From a virus (lineage: Duplodnaviria > Caudoviricetes), in IMG/VR virus record IMGVR_UViG_3300035562_000014, positions 1 to 35,471 of that record: 35,471 nt of DNA. One strand, written 5' to 3'. A program made the translations under genes and the position numbers. Positions 17,094 through 25,042 of the stretch are shown here, in pieces (positions within the stretch are counted from its first letter, which is position 1; every line of letters starts with the position of its first letter). The notes beneath the pieces were generated by a model that worked only from the letters and a program-made list of their open reading frames with translations, made no database searches and had not been told where the DNA came from.

Positions 17094-17927
17094 TCACGCA
17101 ACTGTCTGGTCGCCGTAGGTCTTCTGGTAATACGCTTTCACCTGGGCGGATACGCGCTCATGGTCTGCGTGTTTTGGATCCATGTACGCCGGGGATTTCA
17201 TCAGGTCGCGGATAGTTTGCTGTTCCGCAAGGTTGATATCGCCGCCGACCGGCCCGTCTTCCTGCATTTCGGCACCAACTTTTGCCAGCATGCGGATAAC
17301 CATCGGGTTATTGCCGATAACGTTGATATCGTCGCCCTTCTCTGCCAGAGCGTTAAACGCGCGATATGCCAGGCCAATATTCTGGTTAAATTCGGCGTCG
17401 GTCTTCCAGACTTCGCGCAGGTTGGTCGTCGCCGCCTCGGCGTCCAGCTCCGCCGAGCCAGTGGCGATCTGCTGGGCGTTCTTGACGTATTCACCCAGGA
17501 TGAAACCCATCTGATCGTTAGTAATGCCTTTTGCATGCGCGGCTTTCAGGAAGCTTTGCGTTTCCGGCGCGGCCTTAAATTCGTCCCACTTAAAGCCGTC
17601 AACATCTACCGCTGGTGAATACTCATCCGCAGTTTTCGGCGCTGTGCCAACGCCCCCCATGCGCTTCTCAAGTGCGACATGAGCCTCGGCCAGCTTACGG
17701 GCTGATTGCTCAACGTTAAGCGCGCCATCTTCGCCGCTGACACGGTATTTTTCCGGTAGCCAATCATTCGCGCCCGGTTGTGCTCCGGTGCTGAGCAAAG
17801 AATTGCCAGAAGGTTCACCAGTACCCGGATTATTGCCGCCATCGTTACCCCCTCCATTGCCGCTACCCAGCTGCTCTGCACCCTGCTCGGCGTTCATGAA
17901 TAAATTTTTAAGCTTCCACATCGTCAT
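17094..17927 (-). CDS. Capsid scaffolding protein
   Basis: Low-complexity N-terminus, LPEKY, acidic helical body, C-terminal PAYMDPKHADH; between portal and capsid. Confidence 0.8.
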   Translation of the reverse strand: MTMWKLKNLFMNAEQGAEQLGSGNGGGNDGGNNPGTGEPSGNSLLSTGAQPGANDWLPEKYRVSGEDGALNVEQSARKLAEAHVALEKRMGGVGTAPKTADEYSPAVDVDGFKWDEFKAAPETQSFLKAAHAKGITNDQMGFILGEYVKNAQQIATGSAELDAEAATTNLREVWKTDAEFNQNIGLAYRAFNALAEKGDDINVIGNNPMVIRMLAKVGAEMQEDGPVGGDINLAEQQTIRDLMKSPAYMDPKHADHERVSAQVKAYYQKTYGDQTVA

Positions 17928-18144
17928 CTACTCCGTCTGCTCTGTTGATTTGCGCGAGAATAAAATCGAGCACGGAACGCTGCCCGGCCCGGTAACAGGT
18001 TTCACGGTCGCCCTCGGTACCACCGGGGACATACGCGGCCCGGCCAAAGCGCCGGGTTAATTCTTCAAGCACCGGCTGACCACCCGGCATTTCCTCAAAA
18101 ATGCGTCTGTAGTCAGCTGGCGTGGCCTCTTTCGTTCGCATCAT
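17908..18144 (-). CDS. Small head-module protein
   Basis: YRRIF-GGQPVLEEL-GQRSVLDFI pattern typical of the small gene after podovirus portals. Confidence 0.7.
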   Translation of the reverse strand: MMRTKEATPADYRRIFEEMPGGQPVLEELTRRFGRAAYVPGGTEGDRETCYRAGQRSVLDFILAQINRADGVDDDVEA

Positions 18145-19763
18145 CCACCCGCCAGTTGTTTGCCTAGCGCCGCGCCTGCGGCCTGTCCTGCTGCCCCGGC
18201 AGCCTCACCGCCTGCCTGCATCATCAGCGCCTGCTGCTGGGCCTGCGCCTGCGATTTCTGGCGCCGCTCCCTGATATCCGCCACGGCCTTATCGGTGCGG
18301 ATGACTTTCGCCGGTACGCCCAGGGCGTCGGCAACAACGCGGGTTGCCTCATCGGTATCCACCAGGTCAACAACGTCCTGGTTGATATTCGCCATATTTG
18401 CGACGTTAGCCCCCAGCCGCTCAATCGCCGTGACGTCCTCCAGCTGCTGCGCACGTGCCAGCGGGGAGATATAGCGCACGTTGAAATTGGCGTTCTGGAG
18501 GCTTTCAGGTGGTTCGGGAAAAATGCCTGCACGGAATGCCAGCCCAAAGCAGCGCACAACCAGCGGTTGCAGGTATTCCGCCTGGAATCGACCGTATACG
18601 GGGCCGAGTAGCTGCCGAATAAGCGCAACGCGCACGTGTACTTCGGTCGCTGTCATGGCCGGACCGTCCTGCGGCTGGAGCTGGTCAGCCATCATGATCT
18701 TGCGAATTGCTGCCTGCAGGCGCTCTTCTGCGGTAAAAGCGACGTTGAAATCTGCGCCGGTAAGCAACGGTTTCATGCTGTCGGTGCTGTTCGCTACGAT
18801 GATGCGACGCGGGCCAACCTTCACCGTTCGCGGATTGAGTACGCCGTCATCCTCAGCAATCCACATGCCGGAGATAGCCAAATCCTGCGCGGCTTTCTCC
18901 ATGCGCTTTGTTTCGTTCAGCTCTTTGCAGTCGGGAAGCGCGTCGTATACCGGGCCTATACCGTAGGAGCCACCGGGAATTTTCATCCAGCGCGGAACGC
19001 AGCACGGGAATTCGTGGTACCCGGATTCACGTACCACCTGCTTGTTGCTGATATCAACGTTGTACGACGCAAAGCGCATATTGCGCGCCAGACGTGCATT
19101 CGTGACGTAGTTGTCGCGAGGGAAAATGCAGTGCAGAAAATCAAACTTGTTATCAGGTTTGTTTTTCGACGCGTCCTGGATCTTCGCGCTGACCTTATCG
19201 AAACCAAACTCTTTTACCGCCTGCTCTGCGGTGAGCTGGTAGCGACGATAAATCGTGTCCACAATGCCATCCTTGCGGGTGGACGTGACGAAGCACTGCG
19301 CCAGCGGCCATTGCTGGAAGGAGTAGCCTCCCTCATCCTTGTCCTCATCGACGTACAGCACGAACCAGCCCGCGCACACCACATCGAGATTTGACTCGTA
19401 GCCTTCTGCGTCGAAATTGGCGGCGTGGATGTTTTCCCACACCAGCGTTGCGCAGGTAGACAGCCACGCTTTGGCATCGTCCGGTAGCGATTCGCTGTCG
19501 AGATTCAGCCATTGCGCGTTTGCCGGGGTCATGCCGGACATGAGCGCAGATGCCAGCATGCGGGCGCTGTCGGTGGCCGTGCCGTCAAGTAGCTTAGCCA
19601 CCTTGTTTTTTGCGCTCTGAGCGTTGAGCACCTCTTCGGAGAATCCCGCGCCGCGCAGCGGATAGGTGTAGTCATAGCACTCGCGCCAGACGCTTTCGTG
19701 CATCTGGCGATTTGCTTTCAGCGTATCCAGTCGCTTAATCAGCTTTGCGGCCACGTTATCCAT
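18141..19763 (-). CDS. Portal (head-tail connector, T7 gp8-like)
   Basis: 540 aa; VPRW-YGIGP, MTATEV, LLGPVYGR, YISPLARAQ motifs. Confidence 0.93.
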   Translation of the reverse strand: MDNVAAKLIKRLDTLKANRQMHESVWRECYDYTYPLRGAGFSEEVLNAQSAKNKVAKLLDGTATDSARMLASALMSGMTPANAQWLNLDSESLPDDAKAWLSTCATLVWENIHAANFDAEGYESNLDVVCAGWFVLYVDEDKDEGGYSFQQWPLAQCFVTSTRKDGIVDTIYRRYQLTAEQAVKEFGFDKVSAKIQDASKNKPDNKFDFLHCIFPRDNYVTNARLARNMRFASYNVDISNKQVVRESGYHEFPCCVPRWMKIPGGSYGIGPVYDALPDCKELNETKRMEKAAQDLAISGMWIAEDDGVLNPRTVKVGPRRIIVANSTDSMKPLLTGADFNVAFTAEERLQAAIRKIMMADQLQPQDGPAMTATEVHVRVALIRQLLGPVYGRFQAEYLQPLVVRCFGLAFRAGIFPEPPESLQNANFNVRYISPLARAQQLEDVTAIERLGANVANMANINQDVVDLVDTDEATRVVADALGVPAKVIRTDKAVADIRERRQKSQAQAQQQALMMQAGGEAAGAAGQAAGAALGKQLAGG

Positions 19764-19765
19764 CG

Positions 19766-20044
19766 TTACGCCCCCAGTGAACGCTTAGTGCCTGCGGCAG
19801 CTGCGCCGGACCCCAGCAGGGATGAGCCGGAGTCATCTGCGCCGCCTGCGCCGGTTGCCAGCAGGGACGAGCCCTGTTTGCGTTTCTTGCGCGCTGCGGC
19901 GTCAGCATTGGCAGCTTTGGCTGCGGCGTTCGCCGCTGCATCGGCTTCGGCCTGCGGGTCGGTCGTCTGCACGTCAGGCATTTTGTCTTTCGTGAACAAT
20001 CCCGCAGGATCCAGCGCCTTGTTGATATCGAATCCACCACACAT
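19766..20044 (-). CDS. Small virion assembly protein (T7 gp7.3-like)
   Basis: MCGG start, Ala-rich, RKKRKQGSSLL, directly before the portal. Confidence 0.65.
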   Translation of the reverse strand: MCGGFDINKALDPAGLFTKDKMPDVQTTDPQAEADAAANAAAKAANADAAARKKRKQGSSLLATGAGGADDSGSSLLGSGAAAAGTKRSLGA

Positions 20045-20055
20045 AACGAATCTCC

Positions 20056-20448
20056 TTAGCCTGGTACGTGCCAGCCGTGCTCGGTTAGAACGGGTTTACC
20101 AGCTACCGGCTGGGGTTTGCCCTCTTCGTTCGTCACGTGGCCGCCAGTGGCAGCGGGTGCTGCGGAGGTGGCTTTTTTAACGAGCTGGAGGAATTCGAGG
20201 TTGTCGGTAAGATGCTGGTCTGCCAGATCGGTAAAGCCAAGCTCTTCAAAACGGGTGACGATAGCAGCGCCCTGCGCGTTGATGGAGGAAAGCAGCGTAT
20301 TGCGTTCGGTGAGCGTCGCGTCGTCGAGCAAGTCAGAAACGCGTTGTTTAACGGTCTGCTCGTCGGCCCGCGAGTCGCCTGTAACACCCTCTGCAAGCTG
20401 CGCTGGCTCCTGCCCCGGTACTTCCACGGTTTTCTTCGGTCGTGCCAT
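20056..20448 (-). CDS. Hypothetical protein, first late gene
   Basis: AGGAG RBS, MARPKK start, downstream of late promoter copy 5. Confidence 0.75.
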   Translation of the reverse strand: MARPKKTVEVPGQEPAQLAEGVTGDSRADEQTVKQRVSDLLDDATLTERNTLLSSINAQGAAIVTRFEELGFTDLADQHLTDNLEFLQLVKKATSAAPAATGGHVTNEEGKPQPVAGKPVLTEHGWHVPG

Positions 20449-20479
20449 TGTTGCGGCTCCTGTCGATGGTAGAGTCGCA

Positions 20480-20513
20480 AGTGTGAAACGGGGAAGCGGT
20501 CGGAATCCCGACC
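20480..20513 (-). promoter_or_regulatory. Late promoter copy 5 (head operon)
   Basis: Exact 16-mer at 20498-20513; hexamer CACACT at the same spacing. Confidence 0.75.
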
Positions 20514-20542
20514 AAATAGATAATTTGTTAAAAAACGGCCTG

Positions 20543-20570
20543 ATTTAACATAATGTACGTTATAGGAACC
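20543..20570 (-). other. dif-like XerC/XerD recombination site
   Basis: Minus strand GGTTCCTATAA-CGTACA-TTATGTTAAAT; XerD arm identical to recalled E. coli dif, XerC arm 8/11, 6-bp spacer. Confidence 0.8.
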
Positions 20571-20726
20571 ACGCGATCGGCACTCATTACCGATTTAGCG
20601 TGAAGGGCTTACTTGATGCGGTTTGCGGGCGGGAAGTGGTTAAAAATCACTGCATAAATCATGCATAAAACAGGGCGGTTTTTGCATAGCGTTTTTTATC
20701 GGTGAACGCCCTGTTTTTGCAAGTTT

Positions 20727-21002
20727 TCATTGTGGGAGGCGCTTTGTGCGCCAGGCGTAAACGAATCGGCGTGATGTAACCTGCGCCGGTAGTTCAGAAC
20801 GCGGGCGCTGTGTGACGTAACACCAGAAATCTATCAGCGCTTCGCCCGTGTGGTGGTTGGGTGCTGCGCCCTGTTTCCAGCCGATGATAGCAGACTTAGA
20901 TACATCCAGCTCGCGGGCTATCTCCTGCAGCGGGATCCCCGTTCTGGTTATGTCGCTGATAACGCGGAACCAGTCTGTTTTAAACGTTGCGACAACTGGC
21001 AT
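20727..21002 (-). CDS. HTH DNA-binding protein, candidate late-gene activator
   Basis: 91 aa from ATG 21002; LQEIARELDVSKSAIIGWKQG helix-turn-helix; last gene of the cro operon. Confidence 0.75.
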   Translation of the reverse strand: MPVVATFKTDWFRVISDITRTGIPLQEIARELDVSKSAIIGWKQGAAPNHHTGEALIDFWCYVTQRPRSELPAQVTSRRFVYAWRTKRLPQ

Positions 21003-21138
21003 AGGCCGCCCCCCAAAACGCGCGCACGCGCGAGCATAGAGAGCGATTTTGTTGAGCTGCTGGCGCTCGTTCTTCACCGTGGCGGAATACTTTTGTGTTT
21101 TGCATATCGTTACCTGCAATAAATTACATGTTCGGCCC

Positions 21139-21306
21139 GTACCAGCCTGTACCAGCCTGTACCAGCTCTTTTCAAACCTTTCCCCCAAACGACTTATATA
21201 TATATATGGGGTTCTTAGTAATTAGGTTGGTACAGTTGGTACAGTTGGTACTGGCTTTTAAATTCAATTAGTTAAAATGTACCAACCTCTACTTTGAGGC
21301 TGGTAC
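21139..21306. repeat. Iteron-like cluster around a (TA)n tract, probable replication origin
   Basis: Eight GTACCA(A/G)C copies in both orientations flanking TATATATATATAT (21195-21207), at the primase gene 3' end. Confidence 0.65.
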
Positions 21307-23481
21307 AGGTTGGGTCACTGCCTCAAATATGCGAGTCATTTTCCCGTCAACACGACGCTGAACGCGCTTATAACCGCAATTTTGCAAAACATTACTAATT
21401 CGCATTTCTTCGCGCTTTCCAATGTTTCGCGGGTCGAGGCCAATTGCATCACACAGAACGTCACTGGCGCGTAAAAATTCGCAGTTTCGTGGTATGTCCT
21501 GGGTCATAAGGTCAGGCGTATCGAGCCACTTCTCGACCGTCTCGAGCCACGCGTCCTTAATGGTGTACTGCTCGTGGACACTCGCGCCGAGGCGTTCAGC
21601 ATCGCGGAACTGGATACCGCCGAGGCGCTTAAACGTCTCTCGGGCCTCCGCCCACAGCAAAAGCTGGTCGCTTTTTATCGCTTTCACGTCGACTTTCGAC
21701 ACCTCCACGGGCAGCCAACGACGGTTACCGGTCTTATCCGCGAGGAATTCGTCCTCGTTGGTAGTACCGACGAACACCAGGCGGCGCGGGAACTGGGTAG
21801 CGAACTCACGATATTTAGGGATCCAGTTCTCATGCGTGCGCGTCACGAATGCCTTAATGCTTTCGAGCTCTTTGGTATTGAGGCCGCGCAGCTCGCCAAT
21901 CTCCGCCACCAGGCGACCGCGCATCTTGCGCGCGAGGTCGTCGTCTTTTTCAGCGAAGGATATCTCGGTGAAGAACGCCGGGTCGGGGCTGAGCGCTTCA
22001 ACGCCGGAGGACTTACCGCAGCCCTGAGGACCGACGAGAATAGGTACCATGTCGGCTTTGATACCAGGCTCCAGCACCCTGCCCGCCAGCGCCGTCCACA
22101 TATACATGGACACCGCCCGGGTGTACGGCGTATCGGCGGTACCGAAGTGCGTGTGGTAGAAAGATTCGATGCGCGGCACGCCGTCCCACTCCAGCCCGTT
22201 CAGCCAGGTGACCGCCGAATCGAACGGCTGTTCGTCAGCAGCCAGCAGCACCACGTCGCGGATGAGCTCGCGCCCTACCGGTTTAAACCCGCGCTTTTCC
22301 ATCGTGATGCGCAGGCGCGCGTAGTCTGCGTCGGTGAACGCCTGCCACTGGCCGGAGCCTGCCTGTGCGAACATGATTTCGTCGCGGAACTGGTCAAAGC
22401 GAATATCGATATCCACAAAGTCAGCGCGTACGACCGCTTTGGCCGCATTGCTGATTGTCGACTCGATGCGGCCCCACTTATCGCGCTCGAACGCGGGCAG
22501 CGGTAACGGCTCCGCAACGTCGGTGCTGGTCAGGTCTTCGAAATCGTCGTTGCGGATCCCGATGGCATTAAGGAAATCACCGTCGTTGCGGTGAGCGCAG
22601 CTGGCGTGCAGGCATTTGAAGTGCCCGAGGTCAAAGCCCGCGGTACCGGCGGGGAAGTAAACCGTACTGGTCGGGTCGCCGCCGGTGCTGTGGCCATCCT
22701 CAAACGGGCAGCGGATATAGCGTTCGCCGTTGGCGCCATCCAGCAGCGTCCAGCCGTTAGCATCCAGATAATCCGCTGTCTCATCCGTGGCGCCGGGCGT
22801 GAACGTCGAGCGGTCGCGCATCTTCGTGCTGCCCGCTTCGGTGGTGACCGACACAGGGAGCTGATCCGCCAGGCGCTGCCACAGCGTTTCAAGCTGTTCG
22901 GCAGTAACGACCGGCGGCTCATCCGGCAGTCCGCCGTCCCACTCAATACGTGCGCCACTGCTGTGTGTGCCGCAGGCAACGAACTGCTGCCCGTTAGCCA
23001 GCAGCTCAATAATGCCGAGCTCGCCTTCCAGCCGGTGGATACGCTTACGGAAATCGCCATCCACGGCCAGCAGGTACAGGCATTTATTGCTGTTGGCGCG
23101 CCAACGTCGCGGCGGGAGCTCGCCCAGCAGCTGCACCAGCGTTTTGCGAATATCGGCCTGGATGTCTTCATCTTCGCTGTCGCAGTCCAGCGCCAGCCAG
23201 CCAAAGCCCGTGCGCACGCAAATGCCGTAGTCGGGTTCTTTCGACCAGCGGGCAAAGTCATGCTCAGTGACGACGTGCTCCGTCCAGTCCTTGATGCCCG
23301 CAGCCAGACGGTCACGGTTGTAGAGGCTCGGCGTTTTGCCCAGCGCTTTCAGTTTGCTGTTAGGGGAAATAACCGCGCCCGGGTTGCACACGACCGGCAG
23401 CAGCTGGTCGGTACGCCCCAGCACCAGGTCGAAGTGGAACCATTCATCAGGCGTCGCCCCCCAGTTCTTAATCTCTGGCAT
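21289..23481 (-). CDS. Primase-polymerase / VirE (VapE)-like helicase fusion
   Basis: N-terminal LALDCD prim-pol motif, CPF-H/CLHASC Zn motif, Walker A GPQGCGKS, FVGTTN, TGNRRW. Confidence 0.9.
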   Translation of the reverse strand: MPEIKNWGATPDEWFHFDLVLGRTDQLLPVVCNPGAVISPNSKLKALGKTPSLYNRDRLAAGIKDWTEHVVTEHDFARWSKEPDYGICVRTGFGWLALDCDSEDEDIQADIRKTLVQLLGELPPRRWRANSNKCLYLLAVDGDFRKRIHRLEGELGIIELLANGQQFVACGTHSSGARIEWDGGLPDEPPVVTAEQLETLWQRLADQLPVSVTTEAGSTKMRDRSTFTPGATDETADYLDANGWTLLDGANGERYIRCPFEDGHSTGGDPTSTVYFPAGTAGFDLGHFKCLHASCAHRNDGDFLNAIGIRNDDFEDLTSTDVAEPLPLPAFERDKWGRIESTISNAAKAVVRADFVDIDIRFDQFRDEIMFAQAGSGQWQAFTDADYARLRITMEKRGFKPVGRELIRDVVLLAADEQPFDSAVTWLNGLEWDGVPRIESFYHTHFGTADTPYTRAVSMYMWTALAGRVLEPGIKADMVPILVGPQGCGKSSGVEALSPDPAFFTEISFAEKDDDLARKMRGRLVAEIGELRGLNTKELESIKAFVTRTHENWIPKYREFATQFPRRLVFVGTTNEDEFLADKTGNRRWLPVEVSKVDVKAIKSDQLLLWAEARETFKRLGGIQFRDAERLGASVHEQYTIKDAWLETVEKWLDTPDLMTQDIPRNCEFLRASDVLCDAIGLDPRNIGKREEMRISNVLQNCGYKRVQRRVDGKMTRIFEAVTQPVPASK

Positions 23482-23484
23482 GGG

Positions 23485-23658
23485 TTACGCCTTATGTCTG
23501 GCTTGTGATTTTTTAGAGGCTAATAGCTTCTCCAGTTGTAACGCGCGTAACTCTGGGATCTCATCACCCCACTGGGAAACCGCGCCTTTGGATACCTTTA
23601 GCATTCTGGCGAGCTTTGCTTTACCACCCGCAAGTTCAATAGCCTTTGTCTTTTTCAT
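23485..23658 (-). CDS. cro: Cro-like repressor
   Basis: LARMLKVSKGAVSQW HTH, IPELRA; divergent from cI; start moved to the ATG with an RBS. Confidence 0.88.
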   Translation of the reverse strand: MKKTKAIELAGGKAKLARMLKVSKGAVSQWGDEIPELRALQLEKLLASKKSQARHKA

Positions 23659-23690
23659 ATCCGTTTTCCTGGACATATGGGGATTAACTG

Positions 23691-23755
23691 AGGTTAAGAA
23701 AACTAAACATATAAGTCAAGAAAACGATACCCTAAATAAGTTAAGCTAACTAAAC
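23691..23755 (-). promoter_or_regulatory. PR-like promoter with three operators
   Basis: TTGACT(23719-23714)-17 bp-TAACCT; GTTWAG-N4-CTWAAC-like sites at 23693, 23715 and 23740. Confidence 0.8.
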
Positions 23756-23773
23756 CATATGAGGGGTAACACC

Positions 23774-24466
23774 ATGATTAACGAACGTATTCGCGAAGCA
23801 CGCCGCAATGTAAAAATGACGCAGGAAGCGCTAGCAAAACGTATAGGTTTGACCAAAGCGACCATTTCACAGTGGGAGTCTGGCACCACAACGCCAAACG
23901 GTAAGAACCTGATAAACTTGGCGGAAACGCTGAATGTTTCCCCTGAATGGTTGCTTACTGGCAAAGGTGCAGAGCAAAAACCGATTTCCTCCAACGCACG
24001 TGTAGAGGGCAGCTTTTCAGTATGGGATTCAGCCACACCGTTAGAGGATGATGAAGTGGAAATACCTTTCTATCAGGAGATAGAGTTATCTGCCGGAAAT
24101 GGTACGTATGTAGATCTTAACCGCTCAGGCTGCAAACTTCGTTTTGCGAAGTCTACCCTGCGCAAAGCCGGTGTTGATGTAGCCTGTGCCGCCTGCGTAA
24201 GCGTACACGGTAACAGTATGGAACCGGTGTTACCTGATGGCGCGGTTGTAGGTGTCGACACGTCTAAAACAGGCATTAAAGACGGTCAAATGTATGCGGT
24301 AGACCACGACGGTTTGTTACGTGTAAAACTGCTTTATCGGCTGCCTGGCGGGATTCGCGTTCGTTCTTTCAACCGTGATGAATACGCTGACGAGGAATAT
24401 TTCGACCATGATGCTAACAAGATAAAAATTATTGGTCAGGTTTTCTGGTATTCAGTTCTTCTTTAA
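23774..24466 (+). CDS. cI: CI-like repressor (HTH plus S24 peptidase domain)
   Basis: N-terminal HTH, LSAGNG cleavage site, GNSMEP Ser, VKLL Lys; GAGGGG RBS before ATG 23774. Confidence 0.95.
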   Translation: MINERIREARRNVKMTQEALAKRIGLTKATISQWESGTTTPNGKNLINLAETLNVSPEWLLTGKGAEQKPISSNARVEGSFSVWDSATPLEDDEVEIPFYQEIELSAGNGTYVDLNRSGCKLRFAKSTLRKAGVDVACAACVSVHGNSMEPVLPDGAVVGVDTSKTGIKDGQMYAVDHDGLLRVKLLYRLPGGIRVRSFNRDEYADEEYFDHDANKIKIIGQVFWYSVLL

Positions 24467-24492
24467 CTCTCGACAAATAACACCTCACCAGT

Positions 24493-24519
24493 AGCCCGCT
24501 ATTCAGCGGGCTTTTCTTT
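24493..24519 (+). terminator. Terminator after cI
   Basis: AGCCCGCT-ATTC-AGCGGGCT followed by TTTCTTT. Confidence 0.8.
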
Positions 24520-24535
24520 ACCTGCTCGTAAAAAA

Positions 24536-24615
24536 GTACAACTTTCTTAACCTCCACTCTTGACTTTAAGGGTTTAGAGGTCTTAACTATGCATCAAAGG
24601 TTAAGTTATCTATAC
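24536..24615 (+). promoter_or_regulatory. PL-like promoter with three operators
   Basis: TTGACT(24560-24565)-17 bp-TTAACT; operator-like 16-mers at 24536, 24572 and 24600. Confidence 0.8.
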
Positions 24616-24635
24616 CAAACACAAAACGTAATATT

Positions 24636-24647
24636 TGCTCTTTAACA
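24636..24647 (+). promoter_or_regulatory. boxA antitermination element
   Basis: TGCTCTTTAACA, the rrn-type consensus, about 40 nt after the predicted PL start. Confidence 0.8.
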
Positions 24648-24841
24648 ACTTGAACCGCGTGACAGGTAAGCCGCTATGCTCCTGGCAACAAAATGGCACC
24701 CGATAGGATCGAGGTAAGCGCCGAGTCCGTATGCGTACGGTAAGCGTAGAGGACCACACCGCGACGAGCTGATAAGTCACGCAAGTTGAACGCCCCGACG
24801 ATGGGGCGCGCAGTGAATTAATCAAAGGCTTCGGGCCTTTT
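24646..24841 (+). ncRNA. Putative structured leader RNA
   Basis: Long-range pairing of 24646-24663 with 24776-24788, internal hairpins, two further hairpins, no credible sense ORF. Confidence 0.5.
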
Positions 24842-24867
24842 ACTAATCCACAGAAAGGACAAACACA

Positions 24868-25038
24868 ATGAGCAAATTTCCGCAGGTTCGCTACTTCGCA
24901 TCCCGCAAGAACAAGTTTATTGAAATCACTCATGCGCCAGTGAATGGCGTCAGCACCAAAGCTACCAAGCCCGTTAACGGCAAAGCCGAAGCGCGCCAGA
25001 TTACCAAAGAATTGAACGGCGTCGCCTGGAACTTCTAA
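24868..25038 (+). CDS. 56-aa basic hypothetical protein, first early gene
   Basis: Hand translation MSKFPQVRYFASRKNKFIEITHAPVNGVSTKATKPVNGKAEARQITKELNGVAWNF; AAGGA RBS. Confidence 0.75.
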   Translation: MSKFPQVRYFASRKNKFIEITHAPVNGVSTKATKPVNGKAEARQITKELNGVAWNF

Positions 25039-25042
25039 CCCC

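Noticed and set aside
1561-20513. The 16-bp palindrome as a REP element, terminator or CI operator
   Set aside because: No U-tract, fixed spacing to a -10-like hexamer, only before late genes, and unrelated to the operators flanking cI.
21003-21188. N-terminal extension of the HTH ORF (likewise for capsid, pol, int and cro)
   Set aside because: Extensions run through iterons, hairpins or arm sites; downstream starts have better RBSs.
21574-23508. Long plus-strand ORFs (310 and 305 aa) opposite the primase gene
   Set aside because: Antisense shadows of a GC-rich coding gene; no motifs or RBS. The same applies to most other overlapping ORFs in the track.
24665-24745. GGTAAGC repeats as a mini-CRISPR or hammerhead ribozyme
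   Set aside because: Only 7 nt long, irregularly spaced, and no CUGANGA/GAAA core.
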